From Lachnospiraceae bacterium (GTDB taxonomy: Bacteria > Bacillota > Clostridia > Lachnospirales > Lachnospiraceae), in contig JAVWVS010000004.1 in the NCBI GenBank assembly GCA_036666555.1, positions 42,731 through 106,730 of the forward strand: DNA of 64,000 bases, given 5' to 3'. The position numbers and the translations under genes are program-made. The notes under the pieces were generated by a model. It worked only from the letters and a program-made list of their open reading frames with translations, had not been told where the DNA came from and did not search any database. Shown piece by piece: positions 1 to 8,734 of this stretch. Every line of letters starts with the position of its first letter. Position 1 is the first letter of the stretch.

Positions 1-58
1 ATTCCAGTTCATCTTCTTGAATGTCAATACTTTTTGCTACCTCTTTGATGTGAAGCAT
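1..58 (-). CDS. N-terminal fragment of an unidentified protein (continues beyond window start)
   Basis: ATG at 58-56 on the minus strand, with GGAGG (complement of 64-68) 5 nt upstream. Reads MLHIKEVAKSIDIQEDELE. Too short to assign a family. Confidence 0.3.
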   Translation of the reverse strand, partial: MLHIKEVAKSIDIQEDELE

Positions 59-145
59 TTCTGCCTCCTGTGCAATTTGAATATCTGTCTTCATTCTTAT
101 TTCCTGCCCTTCTTTTTTTATTTAAACGACCATATTGGCCGTGTA

Positions 146-2509
146 TTAAACATATTCTTCCATATATTGTTCGAATTCTTCCAAAGACATTAATACTTTC
201 CTTGGTTTCGTGCCCTCTTCTTCACCTACCACACCGGCTTCCGAAAGCTGATCCATAATACGTGCCGCACGGTTAAAACCGATTTTAAATACTCGCTGAA
301 GCATTCCAATCGAAGCCTTGTCCTTATCAATGATAAATTTACCGGCATCTACAAAGTAAACATCTCTTTCCTCTTCCGTACCACTTGAACCGACACTTCC
401 GGTACCTGTAGTAGTATTGACATGTTCTTCTACTTCTTTGCTGTAAGAGGCATTTTCATTATGATCTACTAAATGTTTTACAACTGCCTGCACTTCTTTA
501 TCTGCTACAAAGGAGCCTTGTACCCGCACCGGTTTTTGATACCCGGAAGGATAAAATAACATGTCCCCTTTCCCAAGTAATTTTTCCGCCCCATTCATAT
601 CGATAATGGTTCGGGAATCTACTCCGGAAGATACAGAAAAGGCAATCCGTGATGGCATGTTTGCTTTAATTAAACCGGTGATTACATTTACGGAAGGTCT
701 TTGTGTGGCCAAAACCAGATGAATTCCTGCAGCTCTTGCCAGCTGTGCCAAACGACAGATTGCTTCTTCCACTTCTCCCGGTGCGACCATCATTAAATCT
801 GCAAGCTCATCCACAATAATAACAATCTGTGGCATCTTCTCCGGTTTTCCTTCTTCCTCAATATCTTCTATGGTTTTGATTTTTTCATTGTATCCATTTA
901 AATCCCGCACGTTGTAATCAGCAAATAGCTGATACCGTTTTGTCATTTCCGCAACTGCCCAGTTCAATGCACCGGCTGCCTTTTTAGGGTCTGTCACAAC
1001 GGGAATCAAAAGATGAGGAATTCCATTATAAACGCTTAACTCCACTACTTTAGGATCAATCATAATCAGTTTCACATCTTGAGGACCTGATTTATACAAA
1101 ATACTCATAATTAATGTATTGATACAAACAGACTTTCCGGAACCGGTTGCGCCAGCAATTAATAGATGAGGCATCTTCTTAATATCTGCGATGACTACTT
1201 TCCCGGAGATATCTCTTCCTACGGCAAAGGATATATTTGACTTACTTGTTTTAAATTCTTCGCTTTCCAAAAGGTCTCTTAGCATTACTGCAAAATTTTC
1301 TTTGTTAGGTACTTCAATGCCTACTGCTGCTTTTCCCGGAATGGGAGCCTCAATACGTATATCGGCTGCTGCCAGATTTAATTTAATATCATCGGTCAAT
1401 CCTACGATTTTACTTACCTTTACCCCTTGTTCCGGCTGTAATTCATATCTGGTAACCGATGGTCCGCAACTAACATTGGTAATGGTTACATTTACGCCAA
1501 AATTTTGTAGTGTCTGTTGAAGTTTCTGAGCAGTTTCATTCAGATGTGCATTCGAATCCCCACCACTTTTTTTCCCTTTGGTCAATAAGGACAGTGGCGG
1601 AAAATGATAAGAGTTATGGGTAGTGGAATCTGGTACTACGGGTTCTACTACCATTTCTGTCTTTTTTGCCGACGTTACTTTCCGGGTCTTGACAGGCAGT
1701 TCTTCTTTCGGATACAACTCTTCTTCTAACGGGACTGCACGATTGATAACGACTTCCGGTTCCACTGGCAGATTCTCTTCTTCGGGCATTTTTAGTTCCC
1801 GTATCTCCGGTGACTTTTTCGGTTCCAGTGTCGTATTAAAAGATACCCCGGATGCGGTACCTTCTTGTTCTTCCCGAAGCTTCCTGCGTTTTTCCCGGTG
1901 CTCCTCTGTTTGTATTCGTCGTTTACGTGCATCTTCTCTGGCTGTTTGATAGGCCTTTGTCCCACCACTTTTTACCCCTTTTAAAAATGATTTTTCTGTA
2001 ATGAGGACAAGACAAATGATGATTAGGACAATGATAACTACAAAGGTTCCGATAACTCCGATGGCCGGACAAAGTAACTTCACAAAGCATCCGCCGAGAA
2101 ACCCTCCGGCACTTTCTCTTGTGCTTGCCATTTTATAGTATTGTGCTAAAGTAGTTCCTTTTTCATAAGTATCCGTTACCAGTTGCAAAAAAGTGCAGGA
2201 CATTAGGGTGATGAGCACTCCCGCTCCTGTTTTTATGTATGCCTTCAAATTTCCAAAGTTCGAAATCGTAAAAGCAATTCCAATAAAAATCAGCAGTGGT
2301 ACTACATATGCCATCCATCCAAATATACCAAAAGAAACCGATGATATCATCTTTCCTACAAATCCACCGATTCCAAAATTACTAATCAATAACAGTACAC
2401 ATAACGCCATGGATAAAAGAATGATGATTTCCTCCCTGACTCCGATTTCAGTTGCCTTTTTCTTCTGTGTTTTAGAACTTTTTCTCTTGTTGTTCGCTTT
2501 CGAAACCAT
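146..2509 (-). CDS. ftsK: DNA translocase FtsK/SpoIIIE
   Basis: 787 aa. N-terminal TM helices, Walker A GATGSGKS, Walker B IVIIVDELADLM, C-terminal gamma wHTH (MLQRVFKIGFNRAARIMDQLSEAGVVG). SD GGGGG 8 nt upstream of the ATG. Confidence 0.95.
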   Translation of the reverse strand: MVSKANNKRKSSKTQKKKATEIGVREEIIILLSMALCVLLLISNFGIGGFVGKMISSVSFGIFGWMAYVVPLLIFIGIAFTISNFGNLKAYIKTGAGVLITLMSCTFLQLVTDTYEKGTTLAQYYKMASTRESAGGFLGGCFVKLLCPAIGVIGTFVVIIVLIIICLVLITEKSFLKGVKSGGTKAYQTAREDARKRRIQTEEHREKRRKLREEQEGTASGVSFNTTLEPKKSPEIRELKMPEEENLPVEPEVVINRAVPLEEELYPKEELPVKTRKVTSAKKTEMVVEPVVPDSTTHNSYHFPPLSLLTKGKKSGGDSNAHLNETAQKLQQTLQNFGVNVTITNVSCGPSVTRYELQPEQGVKVSKIVGLTDDIKLNLAAADIRIEAPIPGKAAVGIEVPNKENFAVMLRDLLESEEFKTSKSNISFAVGRDISGKVVIADIKKMPHLLIAGATGSGKSVCINTLIMSILYKSGPQDVKLIMIDPKVVELSVYNGIPHLLIPVVTDPKKAAGALNWAVAEMTKRYQLFADYNVRDLNGYNEKIKTIEDIEEEGKPEKMPQIVIIVDELADLMMVAPGEVEEAICRLAQLARAAGIHLVLATQRPSVNVITGLIKANMPSRIAFSVSSGVDSRTIIDMNGAEKLLGKGDMLFYPSGYQKPVRVQGSFVADKEVQAVVKHLVDHNENASYSKEVEEHVNTTTGTGSVGSSGTEEERDVYFVDAGKFIIDKDKASIGMLQRVFKIGFNRAARIMDQLSEAGVVGEEEGTKPRKVLMSLEEFEQYMEEYV

Positions 2510-2581
2510 GGAACTGCCCCCTTATATTTCTCTTAAACATACTATTTATATTATAGCATCAATAAAAACTGATGTCATTAC

Positions 2582-3286
2582 CTAATTTCCCTTCTCCGGT
2601 AAATTATTCTGGTTTTCTTCAATCATCTTGTGTAATTTAGAAAGTGCATCCTTCATTCCGCCTACGGCGTTAATCAGGCCTTCCCGTACGGCATCTTCTC
2701 CTTCCAGTAACGTGCCAACGTCTTTCACAAGCTGTGTCGAATCCAGCATCAGTTCTTCAATCCGTTTTTGGGTAATCTGGGAATGTTCTGCTAAAAACCG
2801 AGTAATGCGATCCTGGGTTCGCTCCATATTGCGGTAACTTTGAATCACACCTACGAACATACCGGAAGATCGTACCGGATGAACGATCATCGTACCACTG
2901 GGGACAATAAAGGAATAATCCGCAGATACTGCTAAAGGACCACCGATGGAATGGCTTCCGCCCAATACCAAAGAGACGGTTGGCTTACTTAAAGAGGCTA
3001 TCATTTCCGCAATAGCAAGTCCTGCTTCCACGTCACCCCCCAATGTGTTCAACAAAATTAAAAGACCCTCAATCTCTTCGTTATCTTCTACTTCTGCGAG
3101 TTTGGGAAGAAGATGTTCATATTTCGTTGCCTTGGTGTTGGCGGAAACAGCTTCATGTCCTTCAATTTCACCTATAATCGTCAAAAGCTGAATGTGATGT
3201 TTCTTTTGACTGTGATTTAATTCCAATGTCCCCATATCCTTGATTTGTTCGTTTTTCTCTTGATTGCTTTCTGTTTTCAATATCAT
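2582..3286 (-). CDS. ClpP-fold serine protease, TepA (YmfB)-like
   Basis: LTIIGEIEGH, TKYEH and LNTLGGDVEAGLAIAEMIASLSKPTVSLVLGGSHSIGG match B. subtilis TepA as I recall it. tepA-ftsK synteny is typical of Firmicutes. Start is uncertain: ATG 3286 has AAGGAG only 3 nt upstream, and the ORF track extends to TTG 3301. Confidence 0.75.
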   Translation of the reverse strand: MILKTESNQEKNEQIKDMGTLELNHSQKKHHIQLLTIIGEIEGHEAVSANTKATKYEHLLPKLAEVEDNEEIEGLLILLNTLGGDVEAGLAIAEMIASLSKPTVSLVLGGSHSIGGPLAVSADYSFIVPSGTMIVHPVRSSGMFVGVIQSYRNMERTQDRITRFLAEHSQITQKRIEELMLDSTQLVKDVGTLLEGEDAVREGLINAVGGMKDALSKLHKMIEENQNNLPEKGN

Positions 3287-3344
3287 CCACTCCTTTTCCA
3301 ATGTTGATTCTATTTTCTAGTATGTGGATTTTTCCCATAAAAAT

Positions 3345-3375
3345 ACAGAGATTGACCAAATCGTTCAATCTCTGT
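3345..3375 (-). terminator. Intrinsic terminator after metY
   Basis: 11-bp stem ACAGAGATTGA/TCAATCTCTGT with a 9-nt loop, followed on the minus strand by ATTTTTAT. Lies 12 nt past the metY stop. Confidence 0.6.
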
Positions 3376-3386
3376 CCTTTTTTTTA

Positions 3387-4673
3387 TTAACAATCAACTT
3401 GTTCCAATGCCTGTTGTAAATCAGCAATAATATCGTCTGCACTTTCAATTCCTACACTGAAGCGAATTAAATCCGGTTGTACTCCAGCTTCTTTTAGTTC
3501 TTGATCATTCATTTGTCGGTGAGTGTGACTGGCCGGATGAAGGACGCAGGTTCTGGCATCTGCCACATGAGTTACAATAGCGGTCAGTTTCAGACTGTCG
3601 ATCATTTTCACAGAGGCCTCTCTGCCACCTAGCATACCAAAGGTTACCACCCCGCAAGATCCTTTTGGAAGATATTTTTTGGCAAGTTCATAATAAGGAT
3701 CTCCTGGTAAATCCGGATAATGTACCCATGCTACTTTGTCGTGTGCCTGTAGATATTGCGCTACTTTCATTGCATTTTCACAATGGCGTTCCATACGAAG
3801 ATGCAAAGTTTCAAGACCCACATTGAGTAGAAACGAATTTTGCGGAGAAGGGATGGAACCCAAATCTCTCATCAATTGGGTCGTTGCCTTCATGATGTAG
3901 GCACCCTCTCCAAAGCTGTCCGTATAGACTACCCCATGATAAGTTTCATCCGGCTGTGTCAGTCCTTTGAATTTATCCCCATAGTCAGCCCAATGGAAGT
4001 TTCCACTATCCACAATTGCTCCGCCTACACACATGGCATGACCATCCATATATTTTGTAGTGGAATGCGTCACAATATCCGCACCCCATTCAAAAGGACG
4101 GCAATGAATGGGCGTTGCAAAAGTGTTATCCACAATAAGAGGCACCTCATGAGCATGCGCCACTTTTGCGAATTTTTCAATATCAAGTACCGTCAGTGCC
4201 GGATTGGCAATGGTTTCCCCAAACATTAACTTCGTATTTTCACGAAATGCTGCATGTAAAGTGGCTTCATCGGCATCTACATCTACAAACGTTGTTTCCA
4301 CACCCATTTTTTTCAATGTATGTGCATACAGATTATAAGTTCCGCCATAAATAGCAGAAGAACAGACGATATGATCTCCTGCCTCCACCAGATTCAGTGC
4401 TGCATAGAAATTTGCCGCCTGTCCAGAAGAAGTAAGCATACCTGCCACACCGCCTTCCAAATCACAGATTTTGGCTGCGACACAGTCATTGGTCGGATTT
4501 TGTACACGGGTATAGAAATATCCACTTTCTTCCAGTGCAAATAAACGTCCCATTTGCTCACTGGTATCACATTTATAAGTCGTACTCTGATAGATTGGAA
4601 GCACACGGGCTTCTCCTGATTTCGGTTGATATCCTGACTGAATGCACTTTGTTTCAATATGATAATTACTCAT
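3387..4673 (-). CDS. metY: O-acetylhomoserine sulfhydrylase (Cys/Met-metabolism PLP enzyme)
   Basis: 428 aa. PLP-lysine motif HSTTKYMDGH, family-typical IYQSTTY and VQNPT motifs. SD AAGGAGG 6 nt upstream. Confidence 0.88.
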   Translation of the reverse strand: MSNYHIETKCIQSGYQPKSGEARVLPIYQSTTYKCDTSEQMGRLFALEESGYFYTRVQNPTNDCVAAKICDLEGGVAGMLTSSGQAANFYAALNLVEAGDHIVCSSAIYGGTYNLYAHTLKKMGVETTFVDVDADEATLHAAFRENTKLMFGETIANPALTVLDIEKFAKVAHAHEVPLIVDNTFATPIHCRPFEWGADIVTHSTTKYMDGHAMCVGGAIVDSGNFHWADYGDKFKGLTQPDETYHGVVYTDSFGEGAYIMKATTQLMRDLGSIPSPQNSFLLNVGLETLHLRMERHCENAMKVAQYLQAHDKVAWVHYPDLPGDPYYELAKKYLPKGSCGVVTFGMLGGREASVKMIDSLKLTAIVTHVADARTCVLHPASHTHRQMNDQELKEAGVQPDLIRFSVGIESADDIIADLQQALEQVDC

Positions 4674-4684
4674 CTTTTTCCTCC

Positions 4685-5449
4685 TTAATGTTGGTACAAA
4701 TACTTCTGTTTTAGATCATTGACCATTTTACTGTAAACTACTTTGCAATTTTCTTTCTGTTCCTCTTCGATAAAATGAATACACGGATTCAAGTACCTTT
4801 CCCAAACTTCCTGATAAATTTCTTTTGCATTTTCCATATGATTAATATGTTTTACAATCGTGGGTGCAATATTATAGTACTCCAATACCAGTGCTTCTTC
4901 CCCTGCTTCTTTCACTAAATAATCGTCCCGATAGTTTCTAAGCAGATTTAGCTCATAGCAATCATCACTTTTTCCCTGGCTTTCGCAAACAGCTGTGGTG
5001 ATATAGCAAAGACGGTTCCGAAATCCTGCTTGAATATTTTCGTAAGTAGAAGTCTGCAAATGAAATTTAGGAAATGCTTCATTCCACTTTTCTGTAATTT
5101 TATCCGCCAGCTGCTCACAATACGTATTTCGGTTATATCCAATCAGCGGTGTGAAAAAGGTGACCAATCCCATATTATAATCTAACATCTGAAACTCTTG
5201 CTTTCGCTTACTCCCAAGTGCTTTTGCTGATTTCTCCGCTTTTTCAGGAACATAACCTGCGATTTCCTCAATAACCTCTTCCGGATGGGCAGATTCTTCG
5301 CACAAGGTAATAATCTCTTGCAACAATGGTTTGTATTTTTCATATAGGTTCAAAAACGTATCTTGATAGGTCTTCTTGCGAAAATCAGACATGACCACAA
5401 TCACGTCATCAAACATCGCCTCCAAAGACGCTCTTATTGTTTCGTACAT
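4685..5449 (-). CDS. Conserved hypothetical protein with C-terminal Cys motif (CYITTAVC...DDCYEL...LRNYRD)
   Basis: 254-aa ORF with SD GGAAGGAG. No catalytic motif recognised. The C-terminal half carries spaced Cys residues (see finding). Confidence 0.6.
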   Translation of the reverse strand: MYETIRASLEAMFDDVIVVMSDFRKKTYQDTFLNLYEKYKPLLQEIITLCEESAHPEEVIEEIAGYVPEKAEKSAKALGSKRKQEFQMLDYNMGLVTFFTPLIGYNRNTYCEQLADKITEKWNEAFPKFHLQTSTYENIQAGFRNRLCYITTAVCESQGKSDDCYELNLLRNYRDDYLVKEAGEEALVLEYYNIAPTIVKHINHMENAKEIYQEVWERYLNPCIHFIEEEQKENCKVVYSKMVNDLKQKYLYQH

Positions 5450-5480
5450 TTAACTATTGCTCCTTCCGCAGACCCTATTA

Positions 5481-6212
5481 TTATTCGTCCCAATTATGAT
5501 AAACATCTTGTACATCATCATCTTCCTCGAGCAGATCCAGCGTTTTTTGAATATTTTTAATGTCTTCCTCTGCCGTAAGTTCTACAAAAGTTTGGGGAAT
5601 CATGGTCACTTCCGCAGATGCCATCTGAATTCCGGCTTCTTCCATGGAAAGACGTACTTGACTAAAGTCTTCGGGTGCTGTCAATACCTCGTAACTATCT
5701 TCCTCTTCCGAAAAATCTTCTGCTCCTGCGTCTAATACAGCCATCATCAATTCATCACTATCCATTTCACATTCTTCTTTATCCACAATAATCTGGCCTT
5801 TTTTATCGAACATGAAAGAAACACATCCCGGTGTTCCTACATTTCCACTTCCTTTTGTAAAAGCATTTCGTACATTGGAAGCGGTACGGTTTTTATTATC
5901 CGTCAAAGTCGTAACGATGATTGCTGTTCCGTTGGGACCATAACCTTCATATGTAATGTGTTCATAATTCGCCCCATCGGAGTCTCCAGCAGCTTTTTTG
6001 ATACTACGGTCAATATTATCATTGGGTAGATTATTTGCTTTTGCTTTTGCAATGGCATCTCTAAGACGACTATTATTTGCCGGATCTGGACCGCCACCTT
6101 CTTTTACGGCTACCGCCAGTTCTCTTCCGATTTTTGTGAAAATCTTTCCACGGGCAGAATCATTTCTTTCTTTTTTATGTTTAATATTTGCAAATTTTGA
6201 ATGTCCTGACAT
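5481..6212 (-). CDS. yebC: YebC/PmpR family DNA-binding regulator
   Basis: 243 aa. Canonical N-terminus MSGHSKFANIKHKK plus the NNLPNDNIDRSIKKA and GPNGTAI motifs. Confidence 0.93.
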   Translation of the reverse strand: MSGHSKFANIKHKKERNDSARGKIFTKIGRELAVAVKEGGGPDPANNSRLRDAIAKAKANNLPNDNIDRSIKKAAGDSDGANYEHITYEGYGPNGTAIIVTTLTDNKNRTASNVRNAFTKGSGNVGTPGCVSFMFDKKGQIIVDKEECEMDSDELMMAVLDAGAEDFSEEEDSYEVLTAPEDFSQVRLSMEEAGIQMASAEVTMIPQTFVELTAEEDIKNIQKTLDLLEEDDDVQDVYHNWDE

Positions 6213-6267
6213 TTTATCTTTTCCTCTACTTTCCTAAAATCACTTTTTTCATTTTATCACTCTTCTA

Positions 6268-7119
6268 TTACTGTGACAAGGGAATTTTTCCAACACGGAC
6301 GGACTGTATCATATTGTCTTCTACCGAGAGAATTTGGAAACAGTATCCTTGATAGGATACAGCACACGCTTCTTCCGTGGAAGGAATATGATCTAGTTCA
6401 TCAATTAAGAATCCGTTCAGCGTATCAAAATCTTCTTTTTCAAAGGAAAGATCAAAAATACGTTCCAAGTCTTCTAATTCGGTCATTCCCTTTACCAAAT
6501 AAGTGCCATCGTTCTGCAACACAATAGATTCTTCTTCTTCGTCGTATTCATCCTGGATATTCCCAAATATTTCTTCCAGAATATCTTCCATGGTTACAAT
6601 TCCTGAGGTCTGTCCATATTCATCGATGACAATGGCCATATGGTTTTGTTCCGATTGCATTTGTTTGAACAAACTGTCAATATTTTTCGTCTCCGGAATA
6701 AAAATCACATCTCGTACATACCCTTTTAATTCCTTGATCGGTAATCCCCGTAATTTTTCATCGAAATAGCATTTCACAGCATCACGTAAATGAATGGTAC
6801 CAACAATATTGTCGATTTCTCCTTCGTATACCGGAAATCTGGAATAATTTTGTTCCAGAATAAAAGCCAATGCATCTTTTGTAGACTCCTCACCATCAAG
6901 AGCAATGATATTTTTACGATGTGTCATAATGTCTTTGGCGTTTTTATCCCCATATTCAAATACGTTTCGAATCATTTCTGCCTCACTTCCGGCAAAGAAT
7001 CCTTGTTCGTGTTTTTCATCCACCATGGAGATAATTTCTTCTGCTACATCTTCTTGTTCTTCCCGTGTTACAGTAAACATTTGCTTCATCTTTTTAAAAA
7101 GATTTCCATCTTCTTCCAT
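6268..7119 (-). CDS. Soluble CBS-pair + CorC/HlyC domain protein (CorC/YbeX-like, no DUF21 membrane domain)
   Basis: 283 aa. Tandem CBS region (AKDIMTHRKNIIAL ... IVGTIHLRD) and C-terminal transporter-associated domain. AAGGAG lies 5 nt upstream, immediately after the mazF stop. Confidence 0.85.
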   Translation of the reverse strand: MEEDGNLFKKMKQMFTVTREEQEDVAEEIISMVDEKHEQGFFAGSEAEMIRNVFEYGDKNAKDIMTHRKNIIALDGEESTKDALAFILEQNYSRFPVYEGEIDNIVGTIHLRDAVKCYFDEKLRGLPIKELKGYVRDVIFIPETKNIDSLFKQMQSEQNHMAIVIDEYGQTSGIVTMEDILEEIFGNIQDEYDEEEESIVLQNDGTYLVKGMTELEDLERIFDLSFEKEDFDTLNGFLIDELDHIPSTEEACAVSYQGYCFQILSVEDNMIQSVRVGKIPLSQ

Positions 7120-7131
7120 TTCTACTCCTTG

Positions 7132-7479
7132 TTATGTATGAAGCTCCAAGCTAACACTTAATGCTTCATCAACCTTTTTCATTAGTTCTTGATCCAAATG
7201 ACAAACCAGGTCTTTTAAACGTTGTTTATCGATGGTTCGTATTTGCTCTAACAATACTACTGAATTCTTTACAATCTGATACTTCCTTGCATCAATCTCA
7301 ACATGTGTTGGTAATTTTGCTTTATTCATCTTGGATGTAATTGCCGCACAGATCACGGTAGGACTATGTTTGTTTCCAATGTCATTTTGTACGATCAACA
7401 CTGGTCTGACACCACCTTGTTCCGAGCCAATCACTGGGCTTAAATCTGCATAAAATATATCTCCACGTCTAATTTGCAC
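7132..7479 (-). CDS. mazF: MazF/PemK (EndoA/NdoA-like) endoribonuclease toxin
   Basis: [33 protein letters not shown]...LPTHVEIDA...[13 protein letters not shown] is very close to B. subtilis NdoA as I recall it. The GTG at 7479 has GGAG 10 nt upstream, whereas the ORF-track GTG at 7488 has only 1-nt spacing. Confidence 0.9.
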   Translation of the reverse strand: MQIRRGDIFYADLSPVIGSEQGGVRPVLIVQNDIGNKHSPTVICAAITSKMNKAKLPTHVEIDARKYQIVKNSVVLLEQIRTIDKQRLKDLVCHLDQELMKKVDEALSVSLELHT

Positions 7480-7567
7480 TCTATTCACACTCCGATATTC
7501 TTAAGATAAAAGTAGTATTTCCATCTTTTTCAGAAGTATTCTATCGTGCTTTTACTTTTCTTGTTTC

Positions 7568-8734
7568 TTATACGAAATAATCTACCTGCTCCGAGATCTT
7601 GCCACCTCTTACATACACTCTGGGGATGCGTTTTCCTAAATCACAGACAAATTCGTAATTAAATCGTCCGGATAGTTCGCTAAGGATTTCCACGGGGAGC
7701 CATTCTTCATGATCTCTTCCAATTAAAGTGACTTTATCTCCAAATCTTACCCCTTCGATATCGGTTACATCCACCATAAATTGATCCATACAGATACGCC
7801 CAATGATAGGCGCTTTTTTCCCACGAATCAACACATATCCTTTGTTGGAGAGACTTCTTGGGTATCCATCCCCATAACCCACCGGAATGGTTGCCACCAT
7901 CATCTTCATCGGTGCAACAAAAGTTCCTCCATAACTAACAGCGGTACCTTTCGCAATCTCTTTTACAAATGCCACATGGCTTTTTAACTCCAGGGAAGGT
8001 TTTAATGCAACCACCGTTTTATCTACCTCTTCCGATGGATACAATCCATAGATTGCAATCCCCGCACGAACCAGATCCATATTTGCCTCCGGCACATCAA
8101 TAATTCCTGCACTGTTGGAACAATGTTCGTAAGCAAAGGTGATCCCTTCCTCTTTTAATCGTGTGACCATGTACAAATAGTCTTCGATCTGTTTATTCGT
8201 AAATGTTTTGTCTATTTCATCTGCTTTGGCAAAATGGGTAAACACACCTTCCATACAAATATTGGGTAGCTGGCTGATTCGTTTGATAGCGGAAATATTT
8301 TCTTCATTTACTGAAAAACCAAGTCTGGCCATTCCCGTATCCAGTTTGATATGAATGTATGCCGTTTTTCCTTCTTGCACCGCTACCGCCGAGATGGATT
8401 GAGCCATTTCTTCCGTATATACATTCATCCGAATCTCATGTTGCAGCATCTCCATATACTGATCCGGGAAAATACATCCCAGTACTAAAATTGGTTTTGC
8501 GATTCCATCAAAACGAAGAACGACCGCTTCATCCAGTGTTGCTACCGCATACCCCCAGATATAATCAAAGGTTTCCAACATTTCTGCAATGGGAACGGCC
8601 CCGTGACCATAACCATCTGTTTTAATAACAGCAATAATTTTGGTGTTTTCACTGGTGTTTTTTCTCATTTGTTCCATGTTGTATTCAATTGCATCCAAAT
8701 CTATTTTCGCATATACTCTGCTATATGTTTTCAA
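7568..8734 (-). CDS. alr: Alanine racemase
   Basis: 388 aa. PLP-lysine motif AVIKTDGYGHG and C-terminal PVGYGDGY. TTG start with GAGGTG 7 nt upstream. Overlaps the nnr stop by 14 nt. Confidence 0.95.
   Translation of the reverse strand: MKTYSRVYAKIDLDAIEYNMEQMRKNTSENTKIIAVIKTDGYGHGAVPIAEMLETFDYIWGYAVATLDEAVVLRFDGIAKPILVLGCIFPDQYMEMLQHEIRMNVYTEEMAQSISAVAVQEGKTAYIHIKLDTGMARLGFSVNEENISAIKRISQLPNICMEGVFTHFAKADEIDKTFTNKQIEDYLYMVTRLKEEGITFAYEHCSNSAGIIDVPEANMDLVRAGIAIYGLYPSEEVDKTVVALKPSLELKSHVAFVKEIAKGTAVSYGGTFVAPMKMMVATIPVGYGDGYPRSLSNKGYVLIRGKKAPIIGRICMDQFMVDVTDIEGVRFGDKVTLIGRDHEEWLPVEILSELSGRFNYEFVCDLGKRIPRVYVRGGKISEQVDYFV

Noticed and set aside
4674-4684. I expected a SAM/S-box riboswitch or T-box leader upstream of metY.
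   Set aside because: Only 11 nt separate metY from the preceding gene, which leaves no room for a leader RNA. No riboswitch-sized structured gap is evident upstream of ilvA either (63 nt).
7480-7567. I looked for a hidden MazE-like antitoxin gene between alr and mazF.
   Set aside because: Only a 7-codon ATG ORF fits in this gap, so no protein antitoxin can be encoded here. The absence is reported as a finding instead.
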